A stretch of 64,000 bases of DNA from Methanobacteriota archaeon. Lineage in GTDB: Archaea > Thermoplasmatota > Poseidoniia > Poseidoniales > Poseidoniaceae. A program made the position numbers and the translations under genes. The stretch spans positions 2,480-66,479 of the forward strand of contig CATFLP010000104.1 in NCBI GenBank assembly GCA_949514915.1, in the 5' to 3' direction. Positions 1-10,958 of the stretch are shown here, piece after piece; positions within the stretch are counted from its first letter, which is position 1; each line of letters starts with the position of its first letter. A model generated the notes under the pieces. It saw only the letters and a program-made list of their open reading frames with translations. It did no database searches and had not been told where the DNA came from.

Positions 1-1505
1 CAAAGAGAAGATTTTTTGGAACTATTGCTGCAACATTGTTTGCTTTTACAATTAGTGCAGTTAATGTTTCAGCGGAAGAAGGTTCAGATACTGGAGCAGG
101 AGATATAGCAGTAGTAGCAATTTTTGCATTTATACTGATTATTGTTGCTATGGTAATATTTTTGGCACAACGTTACCGTAGATGTCCACCAGACAAAGTA
201 ATTGTAATTTATGGACGAAGTGGAGGTGCCTCGGCTTCTAAAACAGTACATGGGGGAGGAATTCTCGTATGGCCATTAATTCAGGATTATGCTTATTTAG
301 ATTTGAAACCAATGTCTATTCAAATTAATCTGACAAATGCATTGTCTAATCAAAATATTCGTGTAAATGTACCAAGTACTTTCACAGTAGGTATTAGTGT
401 AGAGCCAAACTTAATGCAAAGAGCAGCGGAAAGATTACTCGGTCTTGCACCTCAACAAATTGAAGAATTAGCGCAAGAAATTATCTTTGGACAACTAAGA
501 TTAACAATTGCTATGTTGACTATTGAAGAAATTAATCAAGACAGAGACAATTTCTTAGAATTAATTATGTCTAATGTAGGTAAAGAATTAAACAAAGTAG
601 GATTGTATTTAATCAACGTAAATATTACAGATATTACTGATGAATCAGAATATATTGAATCAATTGGTAAGAAAGCAGCAGCAGAAGCAGTGAATATTGC
701 AAGAGTTGATGTTGCAAATGCTGAGAGAGATGGTTCAATTGGTGAGGCTCAAGCAAATAGACAAAGAGAGATTGAAGTTGCTATAAATGCAGCAGAAGCA
801 CAAAAAGGTCGAAAGAGTGCAGAAAGAGATCAGCGTGTTTTCGTTAAAGAGCAAGAATCAATGGCAGTTGAAGGAGAAAATATCTCTGCTGCTAGTATTG
901 CAGAATATAATGCTACATTGGCGGAAAAAGAAGCCGAAGCAGATAGAAGAGCAGAAGTTGCAAGGCGTACTGCAGAAACAGAAATTCAAAAAGCACAATA
1001 TGTGCTTGAACAAGAACGGTTGAAGGCTGAAGAAATTGTTCGTGAAGAAATTGCAAAAACACAAATTGAGATTGCTGCTGAAGCAGAGGCAGAAAGAGCT
1101 CGTAGAGTCGCAAAGGGTGAAGCAGATGCTATTTTATTCAAATATGAAGCAGAAGCAAAGGGTGTTCAACAAGTTTTAGATGCCAAGGCTGAAGGTTATG
1201 GAAGATTGATTGAAAGTTCTGGAGGAGATGCACGTGCAGCAGCCACATTACTAATGGTTGAGAAAATAGAATCCATGGTAAGTGCTCAAGTTGAAGCAAT
1301 TAGAAATCTGAAGCTTGATAAAATCACGGTTTGGGACGGAGGAAATGGAGGTGCTGGTGATGGTACATCTTCAACTTCTAACTTCGTAAGTAGTTTAGTT
1401 AGAAGTTTACCTCCGATACATGATGTGGCTAAGATGGCAGGAGTAGAGTTGCCAGAATATCTTGGAACAGTTTCTAATGATTCAGAAAATATAGATGTAG
1501 AGTGA
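1..1505 (+). CDS. Flotillin-like SPFH/band-7 protein, 5' end probably outside the window
   Basis: N-terminal TM segment, SPFH domain, then a long Glu/Ala/Arg-rich coiled-coil 'flotillin' region. The frame is open upstream of the TTG at 36 back to position 3, so the true start may lie before the window. Confidence 0.75.
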   Translation, partial: KRRFFGTIAATLFAFTISAVNVSAEEGSDTGAGDIAVVAIFAFILIIVAMVIFLAQRYRRCPPDKVIVIYGRSGGASASKTVHGGGILVWPLIQDYAYLDLKPMSIQINLTNALSNQNIRVNVPSTFTVGISVEPNLMQRAAERLLGLAPQQIEELAQEIIFGQLRLTIAMLTIEEINQDRDNFLELIMSNVGKELNKVGLYLINVNITDITDESEYIESIGKKAAAEAVNIARVDVANAERDGSIGEAQANRQREIEVAINAAEAQKGRKSAERDQRVFVKEQESMAVEGENISAASIAEYNATLAEKEAEADRRAEVARRTAETEIQKAQYVLEQERLKAEEIVREEIAKTQIEIAAEAEAERARRVAKGEADAILFKYEAEAKGVQQVLDAKAEGYGRLIESSGGDARAAATLLMVEKIESMVSAQVEAIRNLKLDKITVWDGGNGGAGDGTSSTSNFVSSLVRSLPPIHDVAKMAGVELPEYLGTVSNDSENIDVE

Positions 1506-1518
1506 TTTTTCGAATCAT

Positions 1519-1977
1519 ATGTCTTCAGTATATTCACTAAATCTATCTTCAGGGGGAGTTCCAAAAGTTCCTGTTGATCAGGTGAGGGTTAATTTAAATG
1601 GATTAGATGGAGATAGTCATAATGATATAAAACACCATGGAGGTTTAAATCGAGCAGTTTGTTTATATTCTTTGGAATTAATTAATGATTTAAAATTAGA
1701 AGGGCACAGTATTTATCCAGGTTCTACAGGAGAGAATATTACAATAAAAGGATTAGATTGGAGTAAATTAGAATCAGGATTGAAATTAAAGATTGGTGGA
1801 GTTATAATCAAACTTACTAATCCTGCGACTCCTTGTAAAACTATTTCCAACTCATTTCTTTTAGGTGATTTTTCTCGAATTTCAGTAAGAAAAAATCCAT
1901 TGTGGTCTCGTTGGTATGCTTCTGTAGTTCAAGAAGGATCTATAAAAATTGGAGATAAAGTGTCTTTGGTGCTGTAA
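1519..1977 (+). CDS. MOSC-domain protein (YiiM-like)
   Basis: HGG...RAV...GSTGENITIKGL and a conserved Cys near the C-terminus (PATPCK) match the MOSC beta-barrel pattern. Confidence 0.55.
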   Translation: MSSVYSLNLSSGGVPKVPVDQVRVNLNGLDGDSHNDIKHHGGLNRAVCLYSLELINDLKLEGHSIYPGSTGENITIKGLDWSKLESGLKLKIGGVIIKLTNPATPCKTISNSFLLGDFSRISVRKNPLWSRWYASVVQEGSIKIGDKVSLVL

Positions 1978-1983
1978 AATTGA

Positions 1984-2235
1984 GTGTGTGTTTTTATGAC
2001 TTTAATTAGTTTGAATTTATGGTCATTAGGTCATTTTTTACAATGGACTTTAGTAGGTCGTTTTTTATTGAAAAATTGGTATGTCTTTTTCATACTCTCT
2101 CTCGGTTGGGAATTAATTGAACTGATACTTCCTTATGAGTTTGCTATAGAGTCTTGGAATAACAAAATTTCTGATATATTGGTTAATTGCATCGGTTTTT
2201 ATTTAGGAGTCATTCTTAGAAAAGATAACACATGA
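1984..2235 (+). CDS. Small hydrophobic hypothetical protein
   Basis: 83-aa ORF with two predicted TM segments; no recognisable motif. Confidence 0.3.
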   Translation: MCVFMTLISLNLWSLGHFLQWTLVGRFLLKNWYVFFILSLGWELIELILPYEFAIESWNNKISDILVNCIGFYLGVILRKDNT

Positions 2236-2240
2236 TTGGA

Positions 2241-4640
2241 TTATGAACCACAAGACAAGCAATCATCAGGGCTATCAATACTGCATGCAATCTGATCCAT
2301 GCTGCTAATGTCTTCTGCTCTTTCTTTAAGGCCGCCAACTGTATCTGACATTTTGTCCTTTTCCAAAGTAAACTGAATGGCATCAACTGCTGCTTTTGTT
2401 CTTAAATAATACATTCCAGTTTTCAGCCCTTTTTTCCATCCATAGAAATGCATCGATGATACTTTTGCAGAATTTGCATCAGTCATGTGTATGTTCAAAC
2501 TTTGACTTTGATCAATAAATGCCCCTCTATCTGCTGACATGTCTATTATGTGTTTTTGTTTAATTTCCCAAGTGGTTCTGTATAGCATACGAATATCTTC
2601 AGGAATTATATCTATATTTTGTATTGAACCTTTGCCTTCAAGAATCTTATCTTTTAATTCAAGAGACCATAAATTAGAATCGATTAAATCCTTGACAAGG
2701 TGTTTGTTTAGGATAATAAACTCCCCAGATAGTGTTCTACGAGTATAAAGATTAGATGTAAAAGCTTCGAAACACTCGTTATTGCCAAGTATTTGACTTG
2801 TTGATGCTGTTGGCATAGGTGCTAATAGTAATGAATTCCTAATTCCTGTATCTACTACCTTTTCTTTCAATGAATTCCAATCCCAATTTCCAGAATCAGG
2901 CTTTACATTCCACATGTCAAATTGTAAGATTCCTTTACTTGCAGGAGAACCTGCAAATGTTTCGTAAGGCCCGTCTCTAACTGATAAATCAGCTGAACAT
3001 GTAAGTGCAGCGAAATAAATTGTTTCAAAGATATCTTTGTTTAATTGTTTTGCAGCATCTCCATCAAAATTAAGTTTTAACATTGCAAAAGTATCAGCAA
3101 GACCTTGAACTCCTAGTCCAATAGGCCTATGCCTCATGTTTGAATTTCTTGCTTCAGGTACTGGGTAATAATTGACATCTATAACTCGATTAAGGTTATA
3201 TGCTGCTCTATATGTAACCTCATACAATTTTTGATGGTCAAATTTCATGTTTTTAGTATCTACAAACTTAGGTAATGCTATGCTTGCCAGATTACAAACT
3301 GCAACTTCATCAGGTGAGGTATATTCCATGATTTCTGTACAAAGGTTAGAGGATCTTATAGTTCCTAAATTCTTTTGATTTGATTTCTGGTTAGCAGCAT
3401 CCTTGTAAAGCATATATGGTGTTCCCGTTTCTATTTGTGTGGAAACTACAGCTTCCCATAAATCTCTTGCTTTCACGGTCCTTCTTGCTAATCCTTCAGA
3501 CTCATATTTGTGATATAATTCATTAAATTCTTCACCATATACATCATGTAATCCAGAACATTCATTAGGGCAAAATAAACTCCATTCTCCATCACTTTCT
3601 ACACGTTCCATAAATAAATCTGGAGTCCATAGTGCATAGAATAAATCTCTTGCTCGTAATTCTTCTTTACCATGATTTTTTCTTAAGTCGAGCCAGTCAA
3701 ATATGTCTGGATGCCATGGTTCTAGATATATTGCGCAGGAACCTTTTCTTTTCCCTCCTCCTTGATCTACATATCTTGCAGTTGCATTGAATACTTGTAA
3801 CATTGGAACTATTCCATTACTTGTTCCATTTGTTCCTTTGATGTAAGCACCTTTTGATCTAATTGGATGAACGGATAGTCCAATGCCTCCTGCAGATTTT
3901 GAAATCTTTGCACATTGGTGTAATGTATTGTATATTCCTTCTAGTGAATCATCTTGCATTGTTAGTAAAAAACAACTTGACAATTGAGGTCTTGTAGTTC
4001 CCGCATTGAAAAGTGTAGGTGTTGCATGTGTAAACCAACCCTCACTCATTAAATCATATGTTTCTAAAGCCCTTTCAATATCATTTGAATGAATTCCTAC
4101 AGCAACTCTCATCAACATGTGTTGAGGTCTTTCAGCAACCTTACCATTCATTTTTAGAAGGTATGATCTTGCTAATGTTTTAAATCCAAAGTAATCGTAA
4201 TTATAATCTCTATCGTAATTAATATGGTTGTCTAAAATATCTTTATTTTCTTTTACTATCTCTAAAACTTCTTTAGAAATTAGTGGGGCATGCATTTTTG
4301 TTTCAGGATCTATGTATGAATGCAAATCTTCAATTAATTCACTAAATGTCTCTTTTGTACTTCTATGCAAATCATCTACTGCAATTCTTGCCGCTAATTT
4401 ACTATAATCTGGGTGGTTGCTGACCAAACTTGCACTTGTTTCAGCAGCAAGTTGATCTAATTCTTTTGTAGTGACTCCATCATATAAACCTTCAATTACC
4501 ATTTTTGCAACTTGTCCAACATCAATCCAATTTGTATCTAATCCCTCTGATAAATTGGTTAATTTTTCTAAGATTGCATCGAATCTTACATCTACTCTCT
4601 CACCTGATCTATTTATTACTTGGAGCCCCATTTTTAACAA
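2241..4640 (-). CDS. nrdA: Ribonucleoside-diphosphate reductase large subunit (class I, with N-terminal ATP-cone)
   Basis: ATP-cone at the N-terminus ([20 protein letters not shown]), active-site motifs LSSCFLL and SNLCTEI, C-terminal CxxC tail. Confidence 0.9.
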   Translation of the reverse strand: MLKMGLQVINRSGERVDVRFDAILEKLTNLSEGLDTNWIDVGQVAKMVIEGLYDGVTTKELDQLAAETSASLVSNHPDYSKLAARIAVDDLHRSTKETFSELIEDLHSYIDPETKMHAPLISKEVLEIVKENKDILDNHINYDRDYNYDYFGFKTLARSYLLKMNGKVAERPQHMLMRVAVGIHSNDIERALETYDLMSEGWFTHATPTLFNAGTTRPQLSSCFLLTMQDDSLEGIYNTLHQCAKISKSAGGIGLSVHPIRSKGAYIKGTNGTSNGIVPMLQVFNATARYVDQGGGKRKGSCAIYLEPWHPDIFDWLDLRKNHGKEELRARDLFYALWTPDLFMERVESDGEWSLFCPNECSGLHDVYGEEFNELYHKYESEGLARRTVKARDLWEAVVSTQIETGTPYMLYKDAANQKSNQKNLGTIRSSNLCTEIMEYTSPDEVAVCNLASIALPKFVDTKNMKFDHQKLYEVTYRAAYNLNRVIDVNYYPVPEARNSNMRHRPIGLGVQGLADTFAMLKLNFDGDAAKQLNKDIFETIYFAALTCSADLSVRDGPYETFAGSPASKGILQFDMWNVKPDSGNWDWNSLKEKVVDTGIRNSLLLAPMPTASTSQILGNNECFEAFTSNLYTRRTLSGEFIILNKHLVKDLIDSNLWSLELKDKILEGKGSIQNIDIIPEDIRMLYRTTWEIKQKHIIDMSADRGAFIDQSQSLNIHMTDANSAKVSSMHFYGWKKGLKTGMYYLRTKAAVDAIQFTLEKDKMSDTVGGLKERAEDISSMDQIACSIDSPDDCLSCGS

Positions 4641-4719
4641 CCTCTGTACACACTTGATAGCGCAGTGTCTCTTTGGGGACGCGGACGGTATTAGAACTAT
4701 ACGTTAGATTCTTACCGAA

Positions 4720-5757
4720 TCAGAAGTCTTCTTCCATAGAAAATCTAGTCTGGAGTGACGCCGATGCTTCGCCAGAATTGAGTACTCCACTCTTCTGATA
4801 CTCTCCTACGCGCTTTTCAAAGAAGTTTGTTTTTCCTTGCATGCTTATCATTTCCATCCAAGGGAATGGATTAGTTGCGCCATATAGTCTTGTGCAGTTT
4901 AAAGCTACAAGTAATCTATCTGCCACAAATTCAAGATATTGAGACATTAAGTCAGCATTCATACCAATTAATGAAACTGGTAATGCTTCTAGAATAAATT
5001 CTTTTTCAATAGTTACTGCTTCTGCTACAATTCTGTGTATCTTACTTTCAGAAGTAGGTTTTTCTAACATGCTATGTAATAGGCAAGCGAAATCACAATG
5101 CAATCCTTCGTCACGAGAGATTAATTCATTTGAAAATGTTAATCCTGGCATCAAACCTCTTTTCTTTAGCCAGAATATTGCACAAAATGCGCCAGAGAAA
5201 AATATCCCTTCAACTGCTGCAAAAGCAATTAATCTCTCGGGGAAAGATGCTCTTTTCCTATCAAGCCATCTTAGTGCCCATTCTGCTTTCTTTTTTACAG
5301 CAGGAATTGTATCTATTGCATTAAATAACTTATCTTTTTCTTTTTCATCTTTTATGTAACTATCAATCAATAATGAATAAGTTTCTGCATGGATGTTCTC
5401 CATCATTATTTGAAATCCGTAAAAACACCTTGCTTCTGCATATTGCACCTCTGCTGCAAAATTATAAATTAAATTCTCATTGACAATTCCATCGCTAGCA
5501 GCAAAAAAAGCCAAAATATGTTTGATGAAATGAGTTTCGCCATCAGTTAGGTTCTCCCAGTCTTTAGCATCTTCACCAAGATCAATTTCTTCAGCAGTCC
5601 AAAATGCAGCTTCATGCTGTTTATAGAAATTCCAAATTTCTTGATGTTCAATTGGAAATAATACGAAACGATTAGGATCTTCTCTTAACATGGGTTCAAT
5701 AAATTCACCACTTAGATTGAATTCTTCTTCCATCTCGAACACCTCATCTCTGAACAA
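4720..5757 (-). CDS. nrdB: Ribonucleoside-diphosphate reductase small subunit (ferritin-like R2)
   Basis: Di-iron/tyrosyl-radical R2 signature ([29 protein letters not shown]). It lies directly upstream of nrdA on the same strand. The real start is probably the internal Met at MEEEFN (about 5733). Confidence 0.9.
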   Translation of the reverse strand: MFRDEVFEMEEEFNLSGEFIEPMLREDPNRFVLFPIEHQEIWNFYKQHEAAFWTAEEIDLGEDAKDWENLTDGETHFIKHILAFFAASDGIVNENLIYNFAAEVQYAEARCFYGFQIMMENIHAETYSLLIDSYIKDEKEKDKLFNAIDTIPAVKKKAEWALRWLDRKRASFPERLIAFAAVEGIFFSGAFCAIFWLKKRGLMPGLTFSNELISRDEGLHCDFACLLHSMLEKPTSESKIHRIVAEAVTIEKEFILEALPVSLIGMNADLMSQYLEFVADRLLVALNCTRLYGATNPFPWMEMISMQGKTNFFEKRVGEYQKSGVLNSGEASASLQTRFSMEEDF

Positions 5758-5906
5758 GCACTGCTTGGATTTTAACCACCAAAAAAACTCGCTAATAACC
5801 TTGACTAATAATATGTCAAAAAAAACCCAAAAATTAATTATATTTCATTTACCAAATTATTGTGAACAAGTAAAATGAATTCTTCTTATAGATGATGTTT
5901 TAGCGA

Positions 5907-6932
5907 GTGATGAATATGCGTCGAATAGTGATTAGTAAATTGGGGTCTCCTGAGGTATTAAAGGTTGTAGAACAAGAGAAATTAATTCCTTCGGATGATG
6001 AAGTGATAATTAGAGTTAATAAAGCAGGAATTAATTTTGCTGATTTAATGATGCGTTTAGGAATTTATGGAAAAACACCTGATGTGCCTTTTACACCTGG
6101 TTATGAGGTGTCGGGAGTAATTAGTGAAGTAGGCAAATCTGTTGAAGGATTTCATGTTGGTCAACGTGTTGCTGCATTTACAGGAGTAGGCGGTTATTCA
6201 GAGGAAGTAAATGTACCATCAAATCAAGTAGTTTCCATTGGAGATGACATCTCTTTTGAAACGGCTGCTGCAATGCCAGTAACATACATAACAGCATACC
6301 ATATGTTAGTGGAATTAGGAAATATAAGGGATGGAGATACTGTATTGATTCATCATGCAGCAGGAGGAGTTGGTACCGCAGCGGTACAAATTGCAAATGC
6401 ATTTGGTGCTTCTAGAATATTTGGAGTTGCATCTTCGAGGAAAAAGGAATTCGTTGAAGGTTTAGGAATGAGATTCATAGACAGGGATTCTGAAGATTTT
6501 GTTAAGGTAGTAAAAGATGAAACAAATGGGGCTGGTGTACATCACGCTTTAGATCCTGTAGGAGGACAGCATCTCAAAAAATCGTTTAAGGCATTAAGGT
6601 CTGGAGGTAAATTATATGCTTTTGGAGGATCATCATTTGTAAGTGGTCCAAAAATATTCAAACCAACGGCACTTTGGAGATTACTCAGAACACCAAAGTT
6701 TTCCCCTCTGGGAATGATTGGTAAAAACAAAGCAATTTTTGGAGTGCATATGGGTACAATAAAAGATCTGGATTTAATGCGTAGAGAGATAGAAACATTG
6801 GTTGAAATGTTGAATAAAAAACAAATAGTGCCAATAATTGACAAAGTATTCCATTTCGAAGATGTAGCAAATGCTCATCAATATATTCATGATAGGAAAA
6901 ATAAAGGAAAGGTCTTATTGGACTTCTCATAG
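5907..6932 (+). CDS. Medium-chain dehydrogenase/reductase, quinone-oxidoreductase-like
   Basis: MDR fold with a GGVG nucleotide-binding motif (HHAAGGVGTAAVQ) and no structural-zinc Cys cluster. Confidence 0.7.
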   Translation: MMNMRRIVISKLGSPEVLKVVEQEKLIPSDDEVIIRVNKAGINFADLMMRLGIYGKTPDVPFTPGYEVSGVISEVGKSVEGFHVGQRVAAFTGVGGYSEEVNVPSNQVVSIGDDISFETAAAMPVTYITAYHMLVELGNIRDGDTVLIHHAAGGVGTAAVQIANAFGASRIFGVASSRKKEFVEGLGMRFIDRDSEDFVKVVKDETNGAGVHHALDPVGGQHLKKSFKALRSGGKLYAFGGSSFVSGPKIFKPTALWRLLRTPKFSPLGMIGKNKAIFGVHMGTIKDLDLMRREIETLVEMLNKKQIVPIIDKVFHFEDVANAHQYIHDRKNKGKVLLDFS

Positions 6933-6936
6933 ATTT

Positions 6937-7347
6937 TTACAATTTCACGGGTCTTGTAGCTCCACATGCTAGACATTTTAATAAAGTAGTGCGGTCTTCT
7001 TTAATGAAAGTTGTATCTGGAGAATTGCATTGAGAACATTTAATGTAAGTGTTTACATAATTTACAAACTTTTGTTTAATATTTTTTGGAGGAATTCTAC
7101 CTTTGAAGTGTACTCTTGGACCATCTATAGCCCCACTAGTTCCTAATTCCTTTAATAAATATTGGAAAACATGTACTAAATCTCTGTCCATGTGAGAAAC
7201 TACATCTGAAAAATTTCTAATATATGTGTTTGAACCTTCTATCATAATATCTGGTGGTGGAAGAGTCCACCTTTCTCTATTAGATATTTGATCTGGTATT
7301 TTTTCTCGCGCACGATCTAATAAATCCTCATAATTGAAGTCGCCCAT
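6937..7347 (-). CDS. eif2b: Translation initiation factor aIF-2 beta subunit
   Basis: 136 aa with a C-terminal C4 zinc ribbon (CSQCNSPDT...CLACGA), typical of archaeal aIF2-beta. Confidence 0.85.
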   Translation of the reverse strand: MGDFNYEDLLDRAREKIPDQISNRERWTLPPPDIMIEGSNTYIRNFSDVVSHMDRDLVHVFQYLLKELGTSGAIDGPRVHFKGRIPPKNIKQKFVNYVNTYIKCSQCNSPDTTFIKEDRTTLLKCLACGATRPVKL

Positions 7348-7431
7348 TGTACTTCCGAAGGAATGTGTAACATTAAGGCTACTATAATCGACGTATTAAT
7401 ATCACATGGATTAGACCCTATTTACGATAGC

Positions 7432-8028
7432 ATGGCATTAAGTATCGATGAATTAAGAAGAACTGTCGCCAAATATAAACAACAAGGATTATCCACAGAA
7501 CAAATTGCTGATGAATTATCACTTTCTGAAAGTACAATATTATGGTTGCTTACAAATACAAATGAAAATAATTCAGAAGAAAGGCCTGCAGACATTAGAA
7601 TCGGTTGGAGGACAATAGGTGCTAGACCAATCAGGGTAGCAGCTTTATCAAATATTTTCGCAGATGTAGTTTTAGAAGAAATGAATTGGGATGTTGAATT
7701 ATTAGATACAATTGTAGGAATAAGCATCAATGGTATATTATTTGCACATGAAATCGCTTCGCAATTAAATGTAGATGTTGCAATCCATAGAGATAGTAAA
7801 GGTGCAGAGGGTGGGCATTTATCAACAAAATATGGACAAGTAGGTGGTAAAAGAGTAGTAGTTGTTGATGACGTATTATCTACTGGAAGTACCATGAAAA
7901 ACACAATTTCAGTTTTACAAAAAATGGGTGCAGAAGTATTATTGGCATTAGTATTGGTCAATAAAACCCAACTTAATGAAATAGATGGAGTACCTCTTAG
8001 AGGATTAATTAGGACTGTAACCGTGTAG
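7432..8028 (+). CDS. PRTase-domain transcriptional regulator (GfcR / OPRTase-like), N-terminal HTH
   Basis: HTH segment (GLSTEQIADELSLSESTILWLL) followed by the phosphoribosyltransferase PRPP loop VVVVDDVLSTGSTM. The ATG at 7432 is the likely start; the tool ORF begins at 7363 on an alternative start. Confidence 0.6.
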   Translation: MALSIDELRRTVAKYKQQGLSTEQIADELSLSESTILWLLTNTNENNSEERPADIRIGWRTIGARPIRVAALSNIFADVVLEEMNWDVELLDTIVGISINGILFAHEIASQLNVDVAIHRDSKGAEGGHLSTKYGQVGGKRVVVVDDVLSTGSTMKNTISVLQKMGAEVLLALVLVNKTQLNEIDGVPLRGLIRTVTV

Positions 8029-8055
8029 GTGATTTAGATTCATTGGGCAGATGCA

Positions 8056-9645
8056 GTGGCACACAGATTGTCTCATAGGGGTAAAAAACATATTATTGCA
8101 GCAGGAATCACCCCTAGTGGAGAGTTTCATATTGGCCATCTTAGAGAGATATTAACGGGAGAGATAATTCATAGGGCTTGCCTTAGATTAGGTTTAGAAT
8201 CAGAATTTGTTTTTGTTGTGGATTCTGCAGACCCTTTGAGAAAAGTATACAATTTTTTAGATCCAGAATATGAGAAATACGTTGGTCACCAATTAGCTTG
8301 TATCCCTGCGCCAGACGAAAATGGAAAACCAGGAAAAAATAATGGAACATATTCTGAATATTTCTTGAACCCATTTTTAGAAGCATTGAGTAAGATTGGT
8401 GTGAATCCTAAAATAATTGATAATTACAAGAGTTATGCAGATGGTAAATTTGCTAATGCTGTAAAGATTACATGCGAAAATGTAGAACAAGTAAGAGAAA
8501 TAATTGAAAAAATTTCTGGAAGAGAATTATCAGATGATTGGTTTCCTTATAATCCAATAAATGATTCAGGCTCAATGGAAGGTTTAACAGTGTCTAGTTA
8601 TGAATGGCCCTATGTGTATTGGAGAGATAATGAGGGTAATTCTGGTAAAAATGATATTAGAAATGGAGAGGGTAAATTACCTTGGAGACTTGATTGGCCC
8701 GCAAAATGGAGTTGGTTGGGAGTAACTTGTGAACCGTTTGGAAAAGATCATGGTACTTCAGGAGGTTCTTATTCGACAGGAAGAAAGTTTTCTGAAATGT
8801 TTGGACATGAGCCTCCATTTCCTCTGACTTATGAATGGATTTCTTTGAAAGGAGAAGGAGCAATGTCTAGTTCTACTGGAGTTACAATTGGGCCAATGGA
8901 CGTTTTAGAATTAGTTCCTTCAGAAATATTAAGATATTTTATTGCACGTTCAAAGCCAAGTAAACATTTGGAATTTAATACAGGAGAATTATTGTTAAAT
9001 CTTGCAGATGAATATGAGAGGACATGTTTATCAATAGTTGAGTCAAAAGACGAAAATACTGAGACTTTATCTAAGAGGCAACGTGTATTGAAAGAAGAAG
9101 CAGAAGGAAGTATACGTTATTCAAAGATTGATAATGACTCAGAAATTGACGATTCTTTTAAAGTTCCTTTTAGGCATCTGTCGATGTTAGTTCAGATAAG
9201 GTCAAATGATGAGGATGTTTATTCTGCACTTGAAAAAGGAGGTTATATTTCCTCAGCAAAAAAACCAAGCAAAAAACTTTCAGAAAAATTATCAAAGATT
9301 AGAAATTGGATAGAATCAGATCATTTCCCAGATAATTTAAGAATTAATATCAATTCTTTAATAGATATAGATTTAATTAAAGATTATTCTTTTTCTAAAG
9401 ATTATTTGACAGAATTATTAATTTCTTTTCAAGAAATAAATGAGTGGCGTAGTTTAGAAATTAGCCAGGCTATAAATTCACCAGCAAAAAAAATGGGTTT
9501 AAATTTGGGAGAGGTATATTCATTATTATATCTTATAATATTAGGTGAAAAATCAGGTCCTAAATTAGCGAGATTATTAGAAGAACTAGATAAAGAATCA
9601 ATATGTAAATTAGTTTCACAAGCGGCGAATCATAAAACCTCCTAA
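8056..9645 (+). CDS. lysK: Lysyl-tRNA synthetase, class I (archaeal type)
   Basis: HIGH motif (FHIGHLRE) and KMSKS-like motif (GAMSSSTG); the length is typical of class I LysRS. Confidence 0.9.
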   Translation: MAHRLSHRGKKHIIAAGITPSGEFHIGHLREILTGEIIHRACLRLGLESEFVFVVDSADPLRKVYNFLDPEYEKYVGHQLACIPAPDENGKPGKNNGTYSEYFLNPFLEALSKIGVNPKIIDNYKSYADGKFANAVKITCENVEQVREIIEKISGRELSDDWFPYNPINDSGSMEGLTVSSYEWPYVYWRDNEGNSGKNDIRNGEGKLPWRLDWPAKWSWLGVTCEPFGKDHGTSGGSYSTGRKFSEMFGHEPPFPLTYEWISLKGEGAMSSSTGVTIGPMDVLELVPSEILRYFIARSKPSKHLEFNTGELLLNLADEYERTCLSIVESKDENTETLSKRQRVLKEEAEGSIRYSKIDNDSEIDDSFKVPFRHLSMLVQIRSNDEDVYSALEKGGYISSAKKPSKKLSEKLSKIRNWIESDHFPDNLRININSLIDIDLIKDYSFSKDYLTELLISFQEINEWRSLEISQAINSPAKKMGLNLGEVYSLLYLIILGEKSGPKLARLLEELDKESICKLVSQAANHKTS

Positions 9646-9677
9646 AACAGCATTATTGGTGTTATTGAGCATTATAC

Positions 9678-10958
9678 TTGAAGAACAATAACAATTCTTG
9701 CGTGTCGATGGGCGGGGTGTATTGTCCTAAGTGCGAGGCCGAGGTCGACGCTGTTGCAAAGTTTTGTTTAGCATGCGGTCATAGTTTTTTGAATGGCGAG
9801 GGGCCAATAACCTCCACAGGTCATGATTTGAATGAATTAAAAGAAGCAATAAAGGTTAGAGAAGATATTTCCATGGCTGAAAAATTCAACTTAATGGCTC
9901 AAATTGAAGAAGGAGCCAACCCAATTAGGTTAGGCATAGCTGCTCCTGCAGAAGATGACAATTCCTATGAGGGCCTACCATACCTTGAAGATCAAGATAA
10001 ATCTGATGAAGAAGATTTATCTGTAAACTTAATGAAATTTGGTGATAGTGCTGCTTCAAATTATGCTGTAAATAGTGTAGTAGGATCATCAGAAGCATGG
10101 GATTTAGTAAAATCTGGAAAAATAGATTTTTCAGATAAATTATATCGAGAATCTATGACTTTAGGAATAGATGCATCTAAGCATATTCATGATATTTCAA
10201 CTGGTGAATTTGAAGGAGTAGATGCTGAAGTAATTAAAGAGATTCCAGTTTTGAAACCACCAAAAAGATCATTTTGCCCAAAATGTGGAACAGATATCCA
10301 TTCATTTACAATGATGCAATGGAGAAAATGGCGTGATGCATCATCAGATGTTGTTGGAATACAACTAGAAGCAGCCATGGAAACATCAATTGTTAAGGTT
10401 AGTGCACACTATATTAATGAGATGGAAGATTTAAAAATTGACAATTCAAAATTAAAAGCAGAAATTGATGATTTGAAAGAAGAACTTGAAAACACAGATA
10501 AAAAATCAATTGAAGCAAAGTTAAGAAAGTCTTTAACAACAAAAATTAGAAAGGAACTATTGAAAGAATTAAAGTCAGGCAAAGATTCTATAGAAGAAAA
10601 AGCAGAGCCAGAAGAAGAATTAGACGACGATTCTGAGGATGTTGAAACAACTCAAACACCCGCTAAGAAGAAGGCAAAGTCTTTATTTGGCCCAGGCAAG
10701 AAATCAAAATCATTTGATGGTAAAAAATCAGAGAAACCTGAATGGTTCCTTAATGAAGCACTTGACACAGTATATGATCCACATGGGACAGGTAAAAAAT
10801 TGAAGAGAAGAACAATTCTTGCACGCTCATCTAAAGGTAATGTAAGGGTAGAAGATGTTGTTTTTGATTATGCAAAATCAGGAGAAAAAGGGATTTCTGA
10901 ATTGGCATGGACTTCTCCAACAACAAAATATATTATCGAGGCATACGATTCTTGTTAA
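9678..10958 (+). CDS. Hypothetical protein with two zinc ribbons and a Lys/Glu-rich coiled coil
   Basis: CPKCEAEV...CLACGH and CPKCGTDIH ribbons, then a coiled-coil KEELENTDKK region and a basic C-terminus; no family recognised. Confidence 0.4.
   Translation: MKNNNNSCVSMGGVYCPKCEAEVDAVAKFCLACGHSFLNGEGPITSTGHDLNELKEAIKVREDISMAEKFNLMAQIEEGANPIRLGIAAPAEDDNSYEGLPYLEDQDKSDEEDLSVNLMKFGDSAASNYAVNSVVGSSEAWDLVKSGKIDFSDKLYRESMTLGIDASKHIHDISTGEFEGVDAEVIKEIPVLKPPKRSFCPKCGTDIHSFTMMQWRKWRDASSDVVGIQLEAAMETSIVKVSAHYINEMEDLKIDNSKLKAEIDDLKEELENTDKKSIEAKLRKSLTTKIRKELLKELKSGKDSIEEKAEPEEELDDDSEDVETTQTPAKKKAKSLFGPGKKSKSFDGKKSEKPEWFLNEALDTVYDPHGTGKKLKRRTILARSSKGNVRVEDVVFDYAKSGEKGISELAWTSPTTKYIIEAYDSC

Noticed and set aside
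787-1113. Three short ORFs (787-1023 +, 858-1064 -, 913-1113 -) inside the flotillin gene
   Set aside because: They are alternate-frame or antisense readings of the Glu/Ala/Lys-rich coiled-coil coding region, which generates long open frames by its low complexity.
7422-7961. 179-aa antisense ORF opposite the GfcR-like gene
   Set aside because: It lies antisense to a well-supported PRTase-domain CDS, has Thr/Asn-rich low-complexity sequence and no motif.
8056-9645. Possibility that the window is bacterial
   Set aside because: Class I LysRS, aIF2-beta with zinc ribbon, aTrm56, XPD with FeS domain, split methylmalonyl-CoA mutase and a GfcR-like regulator together indicate an archaeon.
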